A stretch of DNA of 64,000 nt from Camelus ferus (GCF_009834535.1 NC_045697.1:104720001-104784000), one strand, 5' to 3'. Positions 12,629 through 25,547 are shown, counted from the first letter of the stretch. The notes: generated from the sequence alone by a model not told the origin. Numbers and translations: made by a program.

Positions 12629-15119
12629 TTTTTTAATCATCTGGCTGGAATTGTTATTATTTCAGAAATAAGCATCCTATATAACTTGAGGTGGCTAGAA
12701 CAGTTATATCTGGATTACTGTAATAAAGATTTGTCAGAAGCAACAGTCATCTTAATAATCAGACACATTTATTTTATTGATTAAGTAACTTTCAAAAATA
12801 ACTCTAATGTATAAAAAAATTTACAAATGTCACAAAAGAGTTAATCCACGGTCTACACAGGAGAGAAGGAAAATTCTGCTCAGGAAAGCTCTATAGAAGC
12901 ATTTTCCCCATACCATTTTTGATTGATACAGTTCACAAAGAAAGCCTCGTTTTGCCTTCCCTTTTAGGGCTTAGTCTGAGAAGGAACATGAGAAACCACA
13001 TCTTAGAAGAAAAACTACTCTCAAAATCTCAAGTGTAAGCTACAAAGAGGCTTTTCTGATGAAAGCTTCAAAGCTTGAAGAGATGAGAAAGGCAAGTATA
13101 TATTCTATTAAATATTTTGATAAATATATAAAAAATTCAAAAATGAGGAGCATATCGTTTGTATACTTGAAAATGCAACTATTTTCATGCTTTGATTTTA
13201 TGCTGAGAAAAATTTTAAGGATATTTTTGTTCTAGAAGATTCAAAAATAAAATTTACACACACGTATATAGTATATATGATGTGTCAGGGATTATGGCTA
13301 TATTATATATATCAGGAATTCTTTATATGATTAACATTCTGGACTGTGCTACCAATGTCAAACAATGAGAAACCAAACATGCTCACATCTGTGTTGTAAA
13401 AAGAGCACGGAGAAGGAACAGTGGGAGAATGAATCACCTATGTCTGTGCTCAATGCTTCTGATAAGTTCAGTAGACAAATGTAAAAAAGAGCAATGACTA
13501 GTTTGCCCAGACCCTTCTCATTAGCTCACCACAATTACACAAGCGCTAAAACCTAAGTATTCAAAGAAAGACTGCAGGTGACCCTTTACTTCTCTCTGGT
13601 CCCTTTATCAAACCTCTGTGTCACTTATGATATTACTTGTTAATGTTCTAAATTCCAAAAAAAATGTAGGTAAACGCATTTTGCTAATTTTCACTTAACC
13701 AAATAATTTTTAAAATAGATAAAATGCTTCAGTTCTTACAACAGAAACCTCAGTATTCACAATGATTAAAAAGTTCAGAATTACTCAAGCATGAGAACTG
13801 GGAATGTGTGTGCTTATTTGGAAAAGAACTACTGAATTTGTCCTCTGGAGGAAAAGGCAGACCTGAAGCACCACATTACTGGAATGTTTGAAAGATGTTG
13901 ACAGGCTTTTATCTTCTAATCTTCAGTGAGAGCTGCTTGTACAAACCATTTCATGAGTATACATGCCCATTAAGCAAGGTATCTGATGTATTAAAGAAGT
14001 CAGAAGTTGAGTCACTTCACTTCTTCCTGTTGCTTCCAGTTGCTAGAATACTGGCAACTTACATAAATGTATTTCATGCATTGATGTAGATTCCCAGCAT
14101 GGAACTGATGGTATCATAGTTTTGAACTCCTTACACTGTTACTATTTCTGCCTAGTTGACTACTTTATGGGTGTCATACAGAAGGAACATGCTGAAAAGA
14201 ACTCATCTACCATGAATTGCCACTCAGTACAGACTGGTACCATGTACAGAAGCAGATCCCAGTGAGGACACAAAGACCAAGGTCTACCCCAGGGGTGCCC
14301 CCATGTTCAAAAACTTCTCCCTGGTGCATACATGGAACAGTGGAGAGGCCTCCCGGGATGGCTGCTGTGTACCATGCAGCTCCAATGAGAAGAGACTGCT
14401 CCCCCAATATCATCAGAGAAGCCACCACTGCTCCCGTCACACCAGAATGTAGTGACCAAGCAAGATGCTTTGGGCCTGGGCTGCAGTTACATGGTGTCAG
14501 TTGTACCAGCATTCCAGCTCCAATCATGTCTGCAAAGGTCACACCACTTGTCACCCAAGAGCCTGTCATCATTAAGTTCATGTGAGAATGAGAGTTCTGC
14601 TCACTGCCAGGGCAGACAAAGCTGTTAAACCAGTACTTCATGCTAAATAAGTACAGTTAGAATAAATTCTGTCCTTCATGTGCTGAGGCTAAATAACAGC
14701 CTTTTCAATAGCTCCTATCTCATTGGACAATGTCATTGCCAAGTCAAAGTAGCACAATGCTTTCCGACCAATAGCAGGCCCTCCCTCCAGCAAAAAACCA
14801 TCTTCCCATCTGATCGATTTTAAATATTCCTTTGATTAACATTTCCAATGTGGCCACTTTGAGTTCTTGGCCAGTATTCCCATGCAGGCTCCCAATTCTT
14901 GTCTTGGTGGCATATTCCCTGCTGGGTGTTAAAAGCCACTGATTCTTTGTGATGGAATTCTTCACAACATGGGAGGTCTTGGTGAAAGCTAGGTGGAAAA
15001 CTCCAGAAGGATAGTGTCCACAGCCACACAAGTCTTTTGGGCAGCACGGTGATGCATCAGGTTTACCAAGAAGATCTGAAAGCTGAGTCCACGTTGCCTC
15101 AACTGCGCAGTTCCCCTTC
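12629..15119 (-). pseudogene. GHITM: GHITM (TMBIM5) processed pseudogene, full-length mRNA copy (5' UTR ~15048-15119, CDS remnant 14017-15047, 3' UTR ~12635-14016)
   Basis: Minus-strand peptides VFHLAFTKTSHVVKNSITKNQWLLTPSREYATKTRIG, SPGPKHLAWSLHSGVTGAVVA and C-terminal VASILATGSNRKK* match GHITM. No introns; start ACC-ATG changed to ACC-GTG at 15047; frameshifts and in-frame stops; short poly(A) remnant (T run 12629-12634). Confidence 0.93.
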
Positions 15120-16023
15120 TCAATGAATGTTTCATACTGTCACATTGAAATGTAATGTCTCTCTCACACCTTTAATGGACCTTCAATGCATGCGTGATTT
15201 TGAAACATCACGTGTCAATCATTTGGAAAACAGTTTGCTGAGCTACGTAGATCTTCCAATGTTGGCACACTTCATTATACAATATCAAAAAAGTCACATT
15301 TGCTAACATTGCCACCAATCTGATTAGAATTCTTGGTGTTTGGGGAAGCGGTCAAACTAACAGTGGTTTGGAAAATACAGATTTTCCAAAATTCTAATTT
15401 TTTCCTGAAAGTTGAATTTTATCTTTGGCAACAAACACTGTCAGTTATTTTCCTGAAAGTTGCAGGCTTACTTGGCTCATTTTCAAAAAAAGTCTGCCAA
15501 ATTTTCATGTTTAAATAACCATAGTTTATCTTCCAGTTGTTCTTTCAAGGAAAGATGGGGTTTCATTTTAAAAAGTGGCTAGTTCAGCATACAATTCAAA
15601 TAATCACATGCGCTTTTCCTCAACGCAACCATTGTACGTCTGTACACAGCAGAAGTGCTTTATGTGTATTTCCTGTTTGATCGCACAGAATATTAAAAAG
15701 ATGTATACTCAAAGACTGAAATTTAATATAAAAGTTACTTTTTCTTGCTTCATTAAAGACTTCTTAAATGAAACTGATCTTTTTTTTCTTTTCCTGCAAG
15801 TGTGTGGTGGTGGAGAAAACAGTAACTACTAGTGCACTTGGTACCACTACCTTGATTCATGCCAAGGCACTTGAGATTTAACCCACCAATGTTTCTGTAC
15901 CATCAGTGCAAATGTGAACACACTGAAAAAGTCAAATAATGCTTTATTATTATTCATAAAATGTTTTTAACCTCTTGGACCCTCAGAGATATTTTTCAGG
16001 GATCCACGTTTTGAGAACCGATG
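15120..16023. mobile_element. Charlie1-type hAT DNA transposon, right piece with terminus
   Basis: Degenerate hAT transposase-derived sequence ending in Charlie-like terminus ..CCACGTTTTGAGAACCGATG. Confidence 0.85.
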
Positions 16024-16537
16024 ATCTAAGTGTAAGCTCTATGCAAAGCGTTGGGTTTATTTTGTTCACTGTTATATCTTCGACACTGTTGTACTAGAGC
16101 AGTGCCTGACACACAGAAGATGATTAGTAAATATTTCCTAAATGTATTAATAAAGCAAGAACAGATGGGAGATTAATCCTTTGTAGAAAACAGAATAATA
16201 AAATGTATGTTTTTTTGCTACATATAGCTTGATAATTAATTAACACATGCCACAAGATGGTATGAAATATCTAGTTTCATTATTGCCATTTCCTTCACTA
16301 AAGATTCCACTGATTTCTGAATTATGAGCAAAAAATCTAAAGGACTGTTGCGAAGGAAGAAATGTAAAGTGTGCCAGGATCACATAACAAATCTTGTAAA
16401 AGCACAGAGCTGAAATGACTTTAGAGATCATCCAGCCTGATTCTTTCATTTTTACAACTGAGAAAACTAAGCTGCTAGGGGACTAAATGGCCCAAAGTCA
16501 TCATAGTTAGTGAAAGGACTAAAGTACAGAATCTTTT

Positions 16538-17735
16538 TTTTTTTTTAGTTTTATAATTTTTTAAAATTGAAGTATAGTTGATTTACAATATTGTGTTAGT
16601 TTCAGGTGTACAGCAAAATGATTAAGTTATGTGTATACGTATATTCTTTTCTACTTTAGGTTATTACAAGATATTGAATATAGTTCCCTATGACATATAA
16701 TGGGTCCTTATTATTTATTTATTTATGTAAAAGTAGTTTGTGTCTGTTAATCCCAAGTTCCTAATTTGTCCCTCCTTCTGTTCCCTTTCCCCTTTGGTAA
16801 CCATAAATTTGTTTTCTATATCTGTGAGTCTGTTTCTGTTATGTATATAGATTCATTTGTGTTATTTTTTAGAGTTTGCATATAAGTGATCCCATACAGT
16901 GTTTTTCTTTCTCTGTCTGACTTATTTCACTTAGTAAGATAATCTCTAGGTCCATTCATGTTGCTGCAAATGGCATTATTTCATTCTTTTTTATGGCTGA
17001 GTAATATTCCATTGTGTGTATATACCACATCTTCTTTATCCAGTCATCTGCCCGTGGGCATTTGGGTTACTTCCATGTCTTGGCTATTGTAAATAGTGCT
17101 GTTATGAATATTGGGGTGCGTGCATCTTTTTAAATTATGGTTTTCATCTCTTCCAGATATATGCACAGGAGCAGGATTGCTGGATCATATGGTAGCTCTA
17201 TCTTTAGTTTTTTAAGGAAACTTCATACTGTTTTCAATAGTGGATGCACCAATTTACATTCCCATCAACAGTGTGCGAGGGTTCCCTTCTCTCTACACCC
17301 TCTTCAGCATTGATCGTTTTTGGACTTTTTAATAATGGTCATTCTGACTGGTGTGAGGTGGTACCTCATTGTGGTTTTGATGTGCATCTCTCTAATAATT
17401 AGCGAGGTTGAACATCTTTTCATGTGCCTGTTGGCCATCTGTACGTCTTCTTTGAAGAAATTTCTGTTTAGGTCTTCTGTCCATTTTTGGATTGGGTTGT
17501 TTGTTTTTTGGATATTGAGTTGTATGAGCTCTTTGTATATTTTGGAAATTAATCCCTTGTTGGTCTCATCATTTGCAAATATTTTCTCCCATTCTGTAGG
17601 TTGTTTTGTTTATGGTTTCCTTCACTGTGCAAAAGCTTTTAAGTTTGATTAGGTTCCATCTGTTTATTTTTGCTTTTATTTCTTTTGTCTTGGGAGACTA
17701 ATCTAAGAAAATATTGCTACGATTTGTGGCCAAGT
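16538..17735 (-). mobile_element. L1, 5'-truncated, ~1.2 kb, with TSD
   Basis: L1 ORF2 C-terminus plus 3' UTR and poly(T). TSD AAAGTACAGAATCTTTT (16521-16537) / AAAATATAGAATCTTTT (17736-17752), 15/17 identical. Confidence 0.92.
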
Positions 17736-18451
17736 AAAATATAGAATCTTTTACATTTTCTCTTGTTTATAGCAATGGTAGGACTGGAATGGGAAGCAAG
17801 AGAAGAAATTTTGTGTGTTTTTCATGTAGAAAATTGGCCAAGCAAGCTCAGAGGCAGAAATTCAAACCACTCCAAGGATGGAAGAGGAACCTGAAGCTAA
17901 AGGATGGAACATCTAAATGTACCTTGAGCACTTTGCTCCTCTCCCACACAGCTCAGGCTGGAAACATGCAAAGACTGCATGGGGAGTCAAGCCAGTCCCA
18001 TGGAACTGTGGAGAGGAAGAGTCAGGCTCTCAGAGGTAGGCAAGGAGGGCCCTGGAGCTGTACTGGATAGTAACATGGATGGGGCCAGAGACTGGAGAAG
18101 CCCCCAAAGAGAAGCACATCTTTGGCATTTTTTAGCAGGGAGCAATTGGCATTTTGTGTGACATTGTCCTGCACATGGAAGGATGTCTACCAATCCTACC
18201 CTCACCCACTGAATGCCAGTTAATCCCTAAGTCGCTGTGACCCTTGAAAATGCCCTGCATGTTTCCAAATGCTCACTAGGGGGCTTGTGTCACCCCGGTT
18301 ACCATTTCTCCCTTCACTCACGGAATCAGTAGCACTCATTGCTCTAGGATGAGAGTGAACATAACCAAGTTTCTGAATGGAATTTTAAAATCAGAGCGGA
18401 AACAGGAGGCTTCTTATTATAAGGCAGGTTTCTTGAAACAGGAAACGTCTC

Positions 18452-18473
18452 TGTGTGTGTGTGTGTGTGTGTG
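18452..18473. repeat. (TG)n microsatellite
   Basis: Direct inspection. Confidence 0.9.
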
Positions 18474-20427
18474 CATGCGCTAAATGAATAAGCACTTGGA
18501 GGACCCAGGGGAAATTATACCATAAACCAAAGAGTTAGGAGATGTGAAGTTGTCTGGCAAAAGGTAACGAAAGAAAGAAAATCTGAGGGCAGGTGACTAG
18601 ACTGTAGATGCTAGTCAGTGCCTAAGAGAGGACTGTACCCTCTGTTCACTCTCTTCAGGCAGCCAAGAGGACAAGACATTCCCTTGGGGAAGACAGGAAG
18701 GACTTGAGGGCAGAGAGGATCCTCACTTGTCTCCAGCAGGCCTCACTGGGTGAATGAGACACTCCTCCCCACACTCCAGCAGACTGAGCACCCAGCACTT
18801 CCTTGAGTCCCCTGAAGTGCACAGGAGTGGCTGAGAGGGTGATGGAGGAACAGGAGGGGCCTTGTGATCGGGGTAAGCTGATGGAGATGGTGCAGACGTG
18901 GGGCAGGAGGGTAGGCAGCTGACAACCAGACCGGGGACCTGCCCAGCTCAGCAGGTCCTGGGCCTGGTGTCTCTAAGGTCAGTACAGCATGTAAGTAAAT
19001 CCCCAGAAAAGAGAAGGAAAAGGGAGAAGGGCAAAACCCTGGACTGACTGAATTTGAATCTATAAATTGCAAAGTTTACATAGAAGGTTAAATTTTAGGC
19101 TCTTAAATGAAGAGTGCCTCAGCAGCTAAATGCAGTAATAAGGACATAAAGAGCCCAAGAAATGCGTTTTAAATACATTAATGAATATGTACTCCCTCTT
19201 TAATGAAGCCCCCTTTAAATCTGCAGGAAGTATCTAAGTGCCAAATATCAGCTATTCGGCTTGTTAAAGGTTAATTATTTGTGTAGCCTTGATGACTATG
19301 TATTGACAAACAAATGCCCCTTTTCCTTCCCTGTGATTGTAAATACCACTGAAGTAGCTCCTAACTATATAGAAGCTGCAGACCTGTTAATTTTGCCATT
19401 ATCAATGGATAAGACACGGGAGCCGGACTCTGTCCATTTTTTAATCACTGAAATATTTACTCTCTATTTTATGCGAAGTATAATTTTAAAATTAAATTGT
19501 CACTAAGAAAACAAAGACTTAGACCTTAGAATAGTATTCTTGAAACATCCTTCAAAGCATTGAATTCTTCACTTGAGAACCATAGTGTAAATTCAGAGAG
19601 ATAAATTCCACCTTAGTTTCAACTAAATATCCAGGAGCAAATGATTTTCTCTTTGTTCACACTCTTATAGAGGTGGGTTTTTTAATTGATGTTATTAACA
19701 TTCGGATGTTTAACATAATAGACATATGTCCATGCAGACTCAGCCCTCTTATGGAGATGACCAAAATGGGCACTTCTGACCTAATGCACACACTCACTCC
19801 GAGTAAGCCTAGAGTTGATTTTCTTGTTTTGATACTGGTAGGCAGCTCATGTTTTACATTAGTAATTTCTACCTCTCTCTCTCTCTCCAGAAAGCAAGAG
19901 AATTTTGGTTTGTTCTCAAAGACTGCCAAAGTAGTCTGAAAAAAAAAGGCCTTAAGCTCTCATAAGCACATAATCAGATCTTCCTGCCTTTCATGGGGAC
20001 CGTTGTTTGGTAAACTCTGCTTTATGTTCCAAAAGAACAAAGTGGCAGTGTTCTCATACACTTCTAGTTTTGCAACCAAGTCATGTAAAATGTCATGTTC
20101 TCATGACTAAATATGTGGGTTTTTCAGGGCAGTCTCCTTGCCTTATGTCAAAACCAAGTGATAAAACAAAGGAATGTGCTGAAGTCAGTCTATTTTGTTG
20201 CACACCTGACACCTTTGGTGGTTGACTTTATTACTTGATTCATGAAAAAAATCTGCAAGCTTGGCTTTCAGGTCATTTCTGATAGCCTTGTGGTTCCTTC
20301 TGTGACTTGGGAGCTTTGTATTCTGTTTGTCATTTGCTTGTTTGTTTTACTTTTCAGTGACAATGAGTTGGTAGCTTGAATGGTATCAATGCTTTAATTC
20401 TATAAAGAACAAAGAAAGAGGACTTTT

Positions 20428-20705
20428 GGGGGGTGGAGGGTGGGAAGGGATAGACTGGGATTTCAAAATTGTAGAATAGATAAACAAGAGTACACTGTAT
20501 AGCACAGGGAAATATACACAAAATGTTATGATAACTCAGAGAGAAAAAAATGTGACAATGAGTGTGTATATGTCCATGAATGACTGAAAAATTGTGCTGA
20601 ACACTGGAATTTGACACAACATTGTAAAATGATTATAAATCAATAAAAAATGTTAAATAAATAAATAAATAAAATACCCAAGCCAAAAAAAAAAAAAAAA
20701 AAAAA
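20428..20705 (+). mobile_element. Young camelid-type L1 3' end with poly(A) and TSD
   Basis: GGAAGGGATAGACTGGGATTTCAAAATTGTAGAATAG..GCTGAACACTGGAATTTGACACAAC..; intact A21 tail; TSD core GGACTTTT at 20420-20427 and 20706-20713. Confidence 0.9.
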
Positions 20706-21589
20706 GGACTTTTTAGACTTCTTAATCCCATTAATGGGTTCTCAGGTAAAGATGGCTGAGGATGAATAGAACAGCAAGGCAGTTGTGAACGTAGAATTTC
20801 TTTTTTTTTCTTTGGTTACTTAATTCTGTAAGTAATGGGAAACACATGAAACATAAAATTCTAAGAACTAACTTTGAAGCTCAACATTTAAAAACCAAAA
20901 TGTGAATTGGAAACTGGATGTTAGTCACCGAGCACACCAAGAAACTTATTTCTTGCACTTGTAACTACTTTTTCAAACAGGTTAAAAACTGATAAGAAGC
21001 TTGGGAAACTCTTATCATTGTGATAAATAGGTTAACCCATTCCTAAACTGTTAAGACTTTAAAAGGCCTAAATTCCTTAAAGCATTAGGGGATTTTTTTT
21101 CTACTTGCTAAACATGCAGTATAAGAATCATTTTTGTTACAATAAATTCAGATTTAAATATCTTCTTATTCATGTGATATATGAGTACATTTGCAGCCTA
21201 TGGTTGCTTAAGGTGACACTGCAGAACATTGCAGGAAGTGCTGATTAGAATGTGCACATTTGCTCTGAGTCTGTGAATTCCACACAGGTCTGCTGATGGG
21301 TGGCAGAGGCTCTCCCACAACTGTGTAGTTCTAGGTCATGGCCACCTGTGCATCAGCCTACGGGTGCCTACCGTTGATATTTTGGTGCCTATCTTTCCTG
21401 TCTTTTCCTCTCTTCATATACAAAGTTATGAAGTTAATCTCACAGTGTACTTGCTAGCTCATAATCTTTCATTAACAATATGTTACTATTACATACATGT
21501 TAACATTACAGTATGTTACTAATTTAAAAACTACGTGGCCAGCCATGTCAGATAATCCATCATTCACTATAATGCAATTTATTAAGCCA

Positions 21590-21838
21590 CAGTTGGACCT
21601 TGAATATACAAGTTTGAACTGTGCACATCCACTTGTATGCAGGGTTTTTTCAGGAGTAAATACTACAGTACTACCTGATCTGCTGTTGGTTGAACCCGAG
21701 GATGCAGAACCGCGGATATGGAGGAACCACCGATGTAGAGGAACCACGACTGCGGAGAATGAACAACAGGTTATATTCAGATTTTCCACTGCTAGAAAGG
21801 TCAGGGATCCTAACCCTCTACCTGTTCAAGGTCAGTTC
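21590..21838. mobile_element. Tigger2-derived non-autonomous MITE (Tigger2a/MER8-like)
   Basis: Termini CAGTTGGACCTTGAA.. and ..TGTTCAAGGTCAGTT; internal TTTGAACTGTGC..CCACTTG..GGATGCAGAACCGCGGATATGGAGG. Confidence 0.8.
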
Positions 21839-22203
21839 TACTTTCTTATTGTTATACACTTGGACTATTTCCGATTTTTACATATTGTAAATATTGTTGT
21901 GATAGCATCTTTAAACTTAAATCTTGGGGAATATCCTAATTATTTCCTATAGATAAATTCCTAAAAATAATATTATTGAGTCAAAAGGCAAGTATTTTTA
22001 AATACATGCAATATTACCACCCAAAGATAACCACTGCCAACAATTTGATGCATATTTTTAGTCTTTTTAAAATTAATATATATGAGCATGAACATATGTG
22101 TATATATATATATATCTTGAAAAAGTTGTTATTATGTTATGTATAGGAGGGGATGTATTGAAGGATTTTAAGCAGGGGAATGATATGCTCTGATGTTCAT
22201 TTA

Positions 22204-23453
22204 CTTTTTATTTTGTTTTATTTTTATTGAAGAATAGTTGGTTTACAATGTTGTGTTAATTTCTTGTGTACAGCACAGTGATTCAGTTATATACATATAT
22301 ATATATATATATATATTCCTTTTCATATTCTTTTTCATTATAGGGTATTATGAGGTATTGAATATAATTCCCTGTGCTATAACAGTAGGACCTTGTTGTT
22401 TATCTGTTTTATATATAGCAGTTAGTATCTACAAATCGCAAACTCCCAGTTAATCTCTCCTTTCCACCCCCTGCCCTCTGCCCCTCTGGTAACCACAATT
22501 TTGTTTTCTATGTTTGGGAGTCTATTTCTGTTTTGTAAATAAGTTCATTTGTGTCATTTTTTAGATTCCACATGTAAGTGATATCATACGGTATTTTTCT
22601 TTATCTTTCTGGCTTACTTCACTTAGAAGGACAATCTCTAGGTCCATCCATGTTGCTGCAAATGGCACTATTTTATTCTTTTTTATGGCTGAATAGTATT
22701 CCATTGTATAAATATACCACAACTTTTTTATCCAGTCATCTGCCAATGGACATTTAAGTTGTTTCCATGTCTTGGCTGTTGTAGATAGTGCTGTTAGAAT
22801 ATTGGGATACATGTATCTTTTCGAATTAGAGTTTCCTCCAGGATTATGCCCAGGAGTGGGATTGCTGGATCATATGGTAAGTTTATTTTTAGTTTTTTAA
22901 GCAATCTCCATGCTGTTGTCCATAAAGGCTACACCAGTTTACATTCCTATAAACAGTGTAGGAGGGCTCCTTTTTTTCTAACACCCTCTCCAGCATTTAT
23001 CACTTGTGGACTTCTTAATGATGGCCATTCTGACTGGTGTGAGGTGATAACCTCATTGTAGTTTTGATTTGCATTTCTCTGATAATAAGCTATACTGAGC
23101 ATTTTTTCCTGTGCCTGTTGGCCATGTGTATGTCTTCATTGGAGGAATGCTTGTTTAGGTCTTCTGCCCATTTTTGGATTGGATTGTTTGTTTTTTTGTT
23201 ATTGAGTTGTATGAGCTATTTGTATATTCTGGAAATTAAGCCCTTGTCAGCTGCATCATTTGCAAATATTTCTCCCATTCCATATGTTGTCTTTTTGTTT
23301 TGTTTAGAGGTTCCTTTGCTGTGCAAAAGTTTATAAGTTTAATTAGGTCCCATTTCTTTGTTTTTGCTTTTATTTCTATTGTCTAGGTAGACTACCCTAG
23401 AGTATTGCTAAGATTTATGTCAGAGAATGTTTTGCCTATGTTTTCTTCTAGGA
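22204..23453 (-). mobile_element. L1, 5'-truncated, ~1.25 kb, inserted in L2
   Basis: ORF2 C-terminus ([35 protein letters not shown]) plus 3' UTR. ATGTTCAT repeated at both flanks; L2 sequence continues on both sides. Confidence 0.92.
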
Positions 23454-23454
23454 C

Positions 23455-24020
23455 AATGTTCATATCAGAAGGATCACTCTGGCTGCCCCATTGAAGATAG
23501 ACTAATCGGGAGCAAGGGCAGAAGCGGAGCCCAGGGTGAAGTTGCAGTAGGATTAGGGTTGCGCTTAGGGTTAGGGTTAAGAGAGAGGACTGAGTGTTGC
23601 AGCAGAGGGGCAACATTGGAGGCACTGAATGGTGGTCAGATTCTGGATATCTTTTTGCAGAAAGACAGACTAGATGTGGAGTACCAGAGAAAGAAAGGAG
23701 TGCAGATTAACTCCAAGTTTTAGAGACTTGAGCCGTTGGAAGGATGGCATTGGCAGCAAGTGACAGGGAAAGGCTGTAGGTAGAGCATGTTTGGGGAGAG
23801 GGAAGAACAAGAATTTCATTTGGAGAGAGTGAGTTTAAGATGTCTATTAGGTATCCCAGTGGAGAGGTCCAGTAGGCTGTTGAACACGTGAACCTGGAGT
23901 TCTGGCACGAGCAGGCATTGGAAATATAAATTGGAAATCCTTGGCGTATAGGTAATATTTAAAGCCAGGATACGGGGTGAGATTAACAAGAGAGTTAGTA
24001 GAGACAAAGAGAAGAAGGAC
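23455..24020. mobile_element. L2 fragment
   Basis: AAGGATCACTCTGGCTG..GATTCTGGATAT..TTTAAGATGTCTATTAGGTATCCCAGTGGAGAGGTC.. typical L2 3' region. Confidence 0.7.
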
Positions 24021-25029
24021 TAAAGACTGGAAAAGGGGAGTATGATGACATGAAGAGCATATACTGTGCCCAGATTTTCCATTGACTCATTTAATCTCCA
24101 AAATAACTCAGTGATAGGGTACAATTATACCATTTTACCAAGGAGGAATGAGGCACGGAAAGATTATGTCAATAATCAATGACTTAGTTCATTGACAAAA
24201 TAAGTTTTAACTACCGTTTTTAATAATGCAAATTTATTTTGAAATAAATCATGTGAACTTTTTCTGCACAGACTTTATCCGTTATGTCTCAAAAATCTTA
24301 GCAGTTATACATTCTAGTTATACTTTAAAGAATCAGCATGACTAATCTGTTCAAAGGTGCTTTTCTTTCCTGCTGACAACACATTTCTAAGGTGGCATAT
24401 TGAGGAGAGAACAACAACAAAAAAGCTGATGTTCAAAAATGAGAAAAAGAGAGCCGTTTTTAGTGTTGGATATTTCTTAAAGACATTGTCTTTCTTTGCT
24501 TTCATGTGTCTCTTCCTCAAGAACCATGCATTCTCTAATCATATTTAAAGATGAGAGAGGCAAGTTAATAAAGGGAAATTGTCATCACTCCTCCCACCTC
24601 ACCCTATAATACATTCAGAATATCTCAACGGGACAGTCACTAAAGCTATAGTTAGTCTTAACAGAAGTGTACAAGACAAGGAAAGGCAAAAAGCCTTTTG
24701 GTGGGTTAATCATTACAGAAGATTTCCAGAAAAAAGATTTGAAATGTCCCCTTGGTACCTTGGAGATTTTTACATCTTGGAACAAGGATGTGGATGAATG
24801 AGCTTGAAGTCTGCTTTTCTGCCTTCTCCTCTTCTTTGGGAGAAAGATTATTGTGAAAGGGGAGGTGGATAGAAGAGCTTGCAAAATGGCTTTTCAGACT
24901 GATCAATTTTAGAAAAAGGACAAATGGAAGCTGAGGATCTGGAAATAAATTTTCCCTGCAAGCAGCGCTCCTTGGAAAATCTTCACATACTTTTAGGGGT
25001 TCCTGTAACTCAGGTAGAATACGATTGTC

Positions 25030-25547
25030 TTAAATAATTCCAACAGGGAGGAAATAAAGAGGGATATCTTAAAAAAACAGGAGTGGCTTCAGAGGCATTC
25101 CTCTACTGACCCCAAAATGTGAGGCAGTGGGTTGAAGTGTATATTTTTGTAAATACTAGAGAGCAGCATGTTATTTAAGCATGACCCTTAAGCAACAGTA
25201 TTGGGAAAAGCAGGTCCAGAATGAGCTTATGGATGTGACAAATAGTAGAAAAACAAAAGGGGTCCTTTTAAGGTCATGTTCATAGCAAGAACAAAAACAC
25301 AAAGTCTCTGAGGAAAGATGACGTAATGCTAAAAAGATAACAGTGAAAGCAGAACAAACCAAAGTCTCTTTTTCTCCATTCTTCCCTCGGTAACTACCTT
25401 CAGATGGAAAAGGGAAAAGAGTTATGGTAGGAGAGAACCTAAATGCAAGAAAGATAAGAAATAAGAGGAGATCTTTAAAAAATTTAGTTAGCTTAATGAG
25501 TTTATCTTTATGCCAGATGAATTGTATCCTGAAATATTTTGAGAGCT
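25030..25547 (+). mobile_element. CR1/L3 LINE fragment (continues ~26433-26550 after an L1 insertion)
   Basis: CCAGATGAATTGTATCCTGAA..GAGAGCTTG then CAGCATGCATTTATTAAGAATC..TGTCAAACTAACCT resemble the CR1 RT motifs PDELHP..LKEL and QHGF.K..SCQTNL. Confidence 0.5.

Noticed and set aside
14207..15047. Functional GHITM retrogene, or the antisense 122-aa ORF at 14217-14585
   Set aside because: The start codon is lost and frameshifts and premature stops are present. The plus-strand ORF is only the antisense shadow of the pseudogene.
18270..18290. CTCF-like motif CACTAGGGGGC (similar words near 38606 and 53966)
   Set aside because: Partial matches only, one within a MER20-like remnant; no support without PWM scoring or ChIP data.
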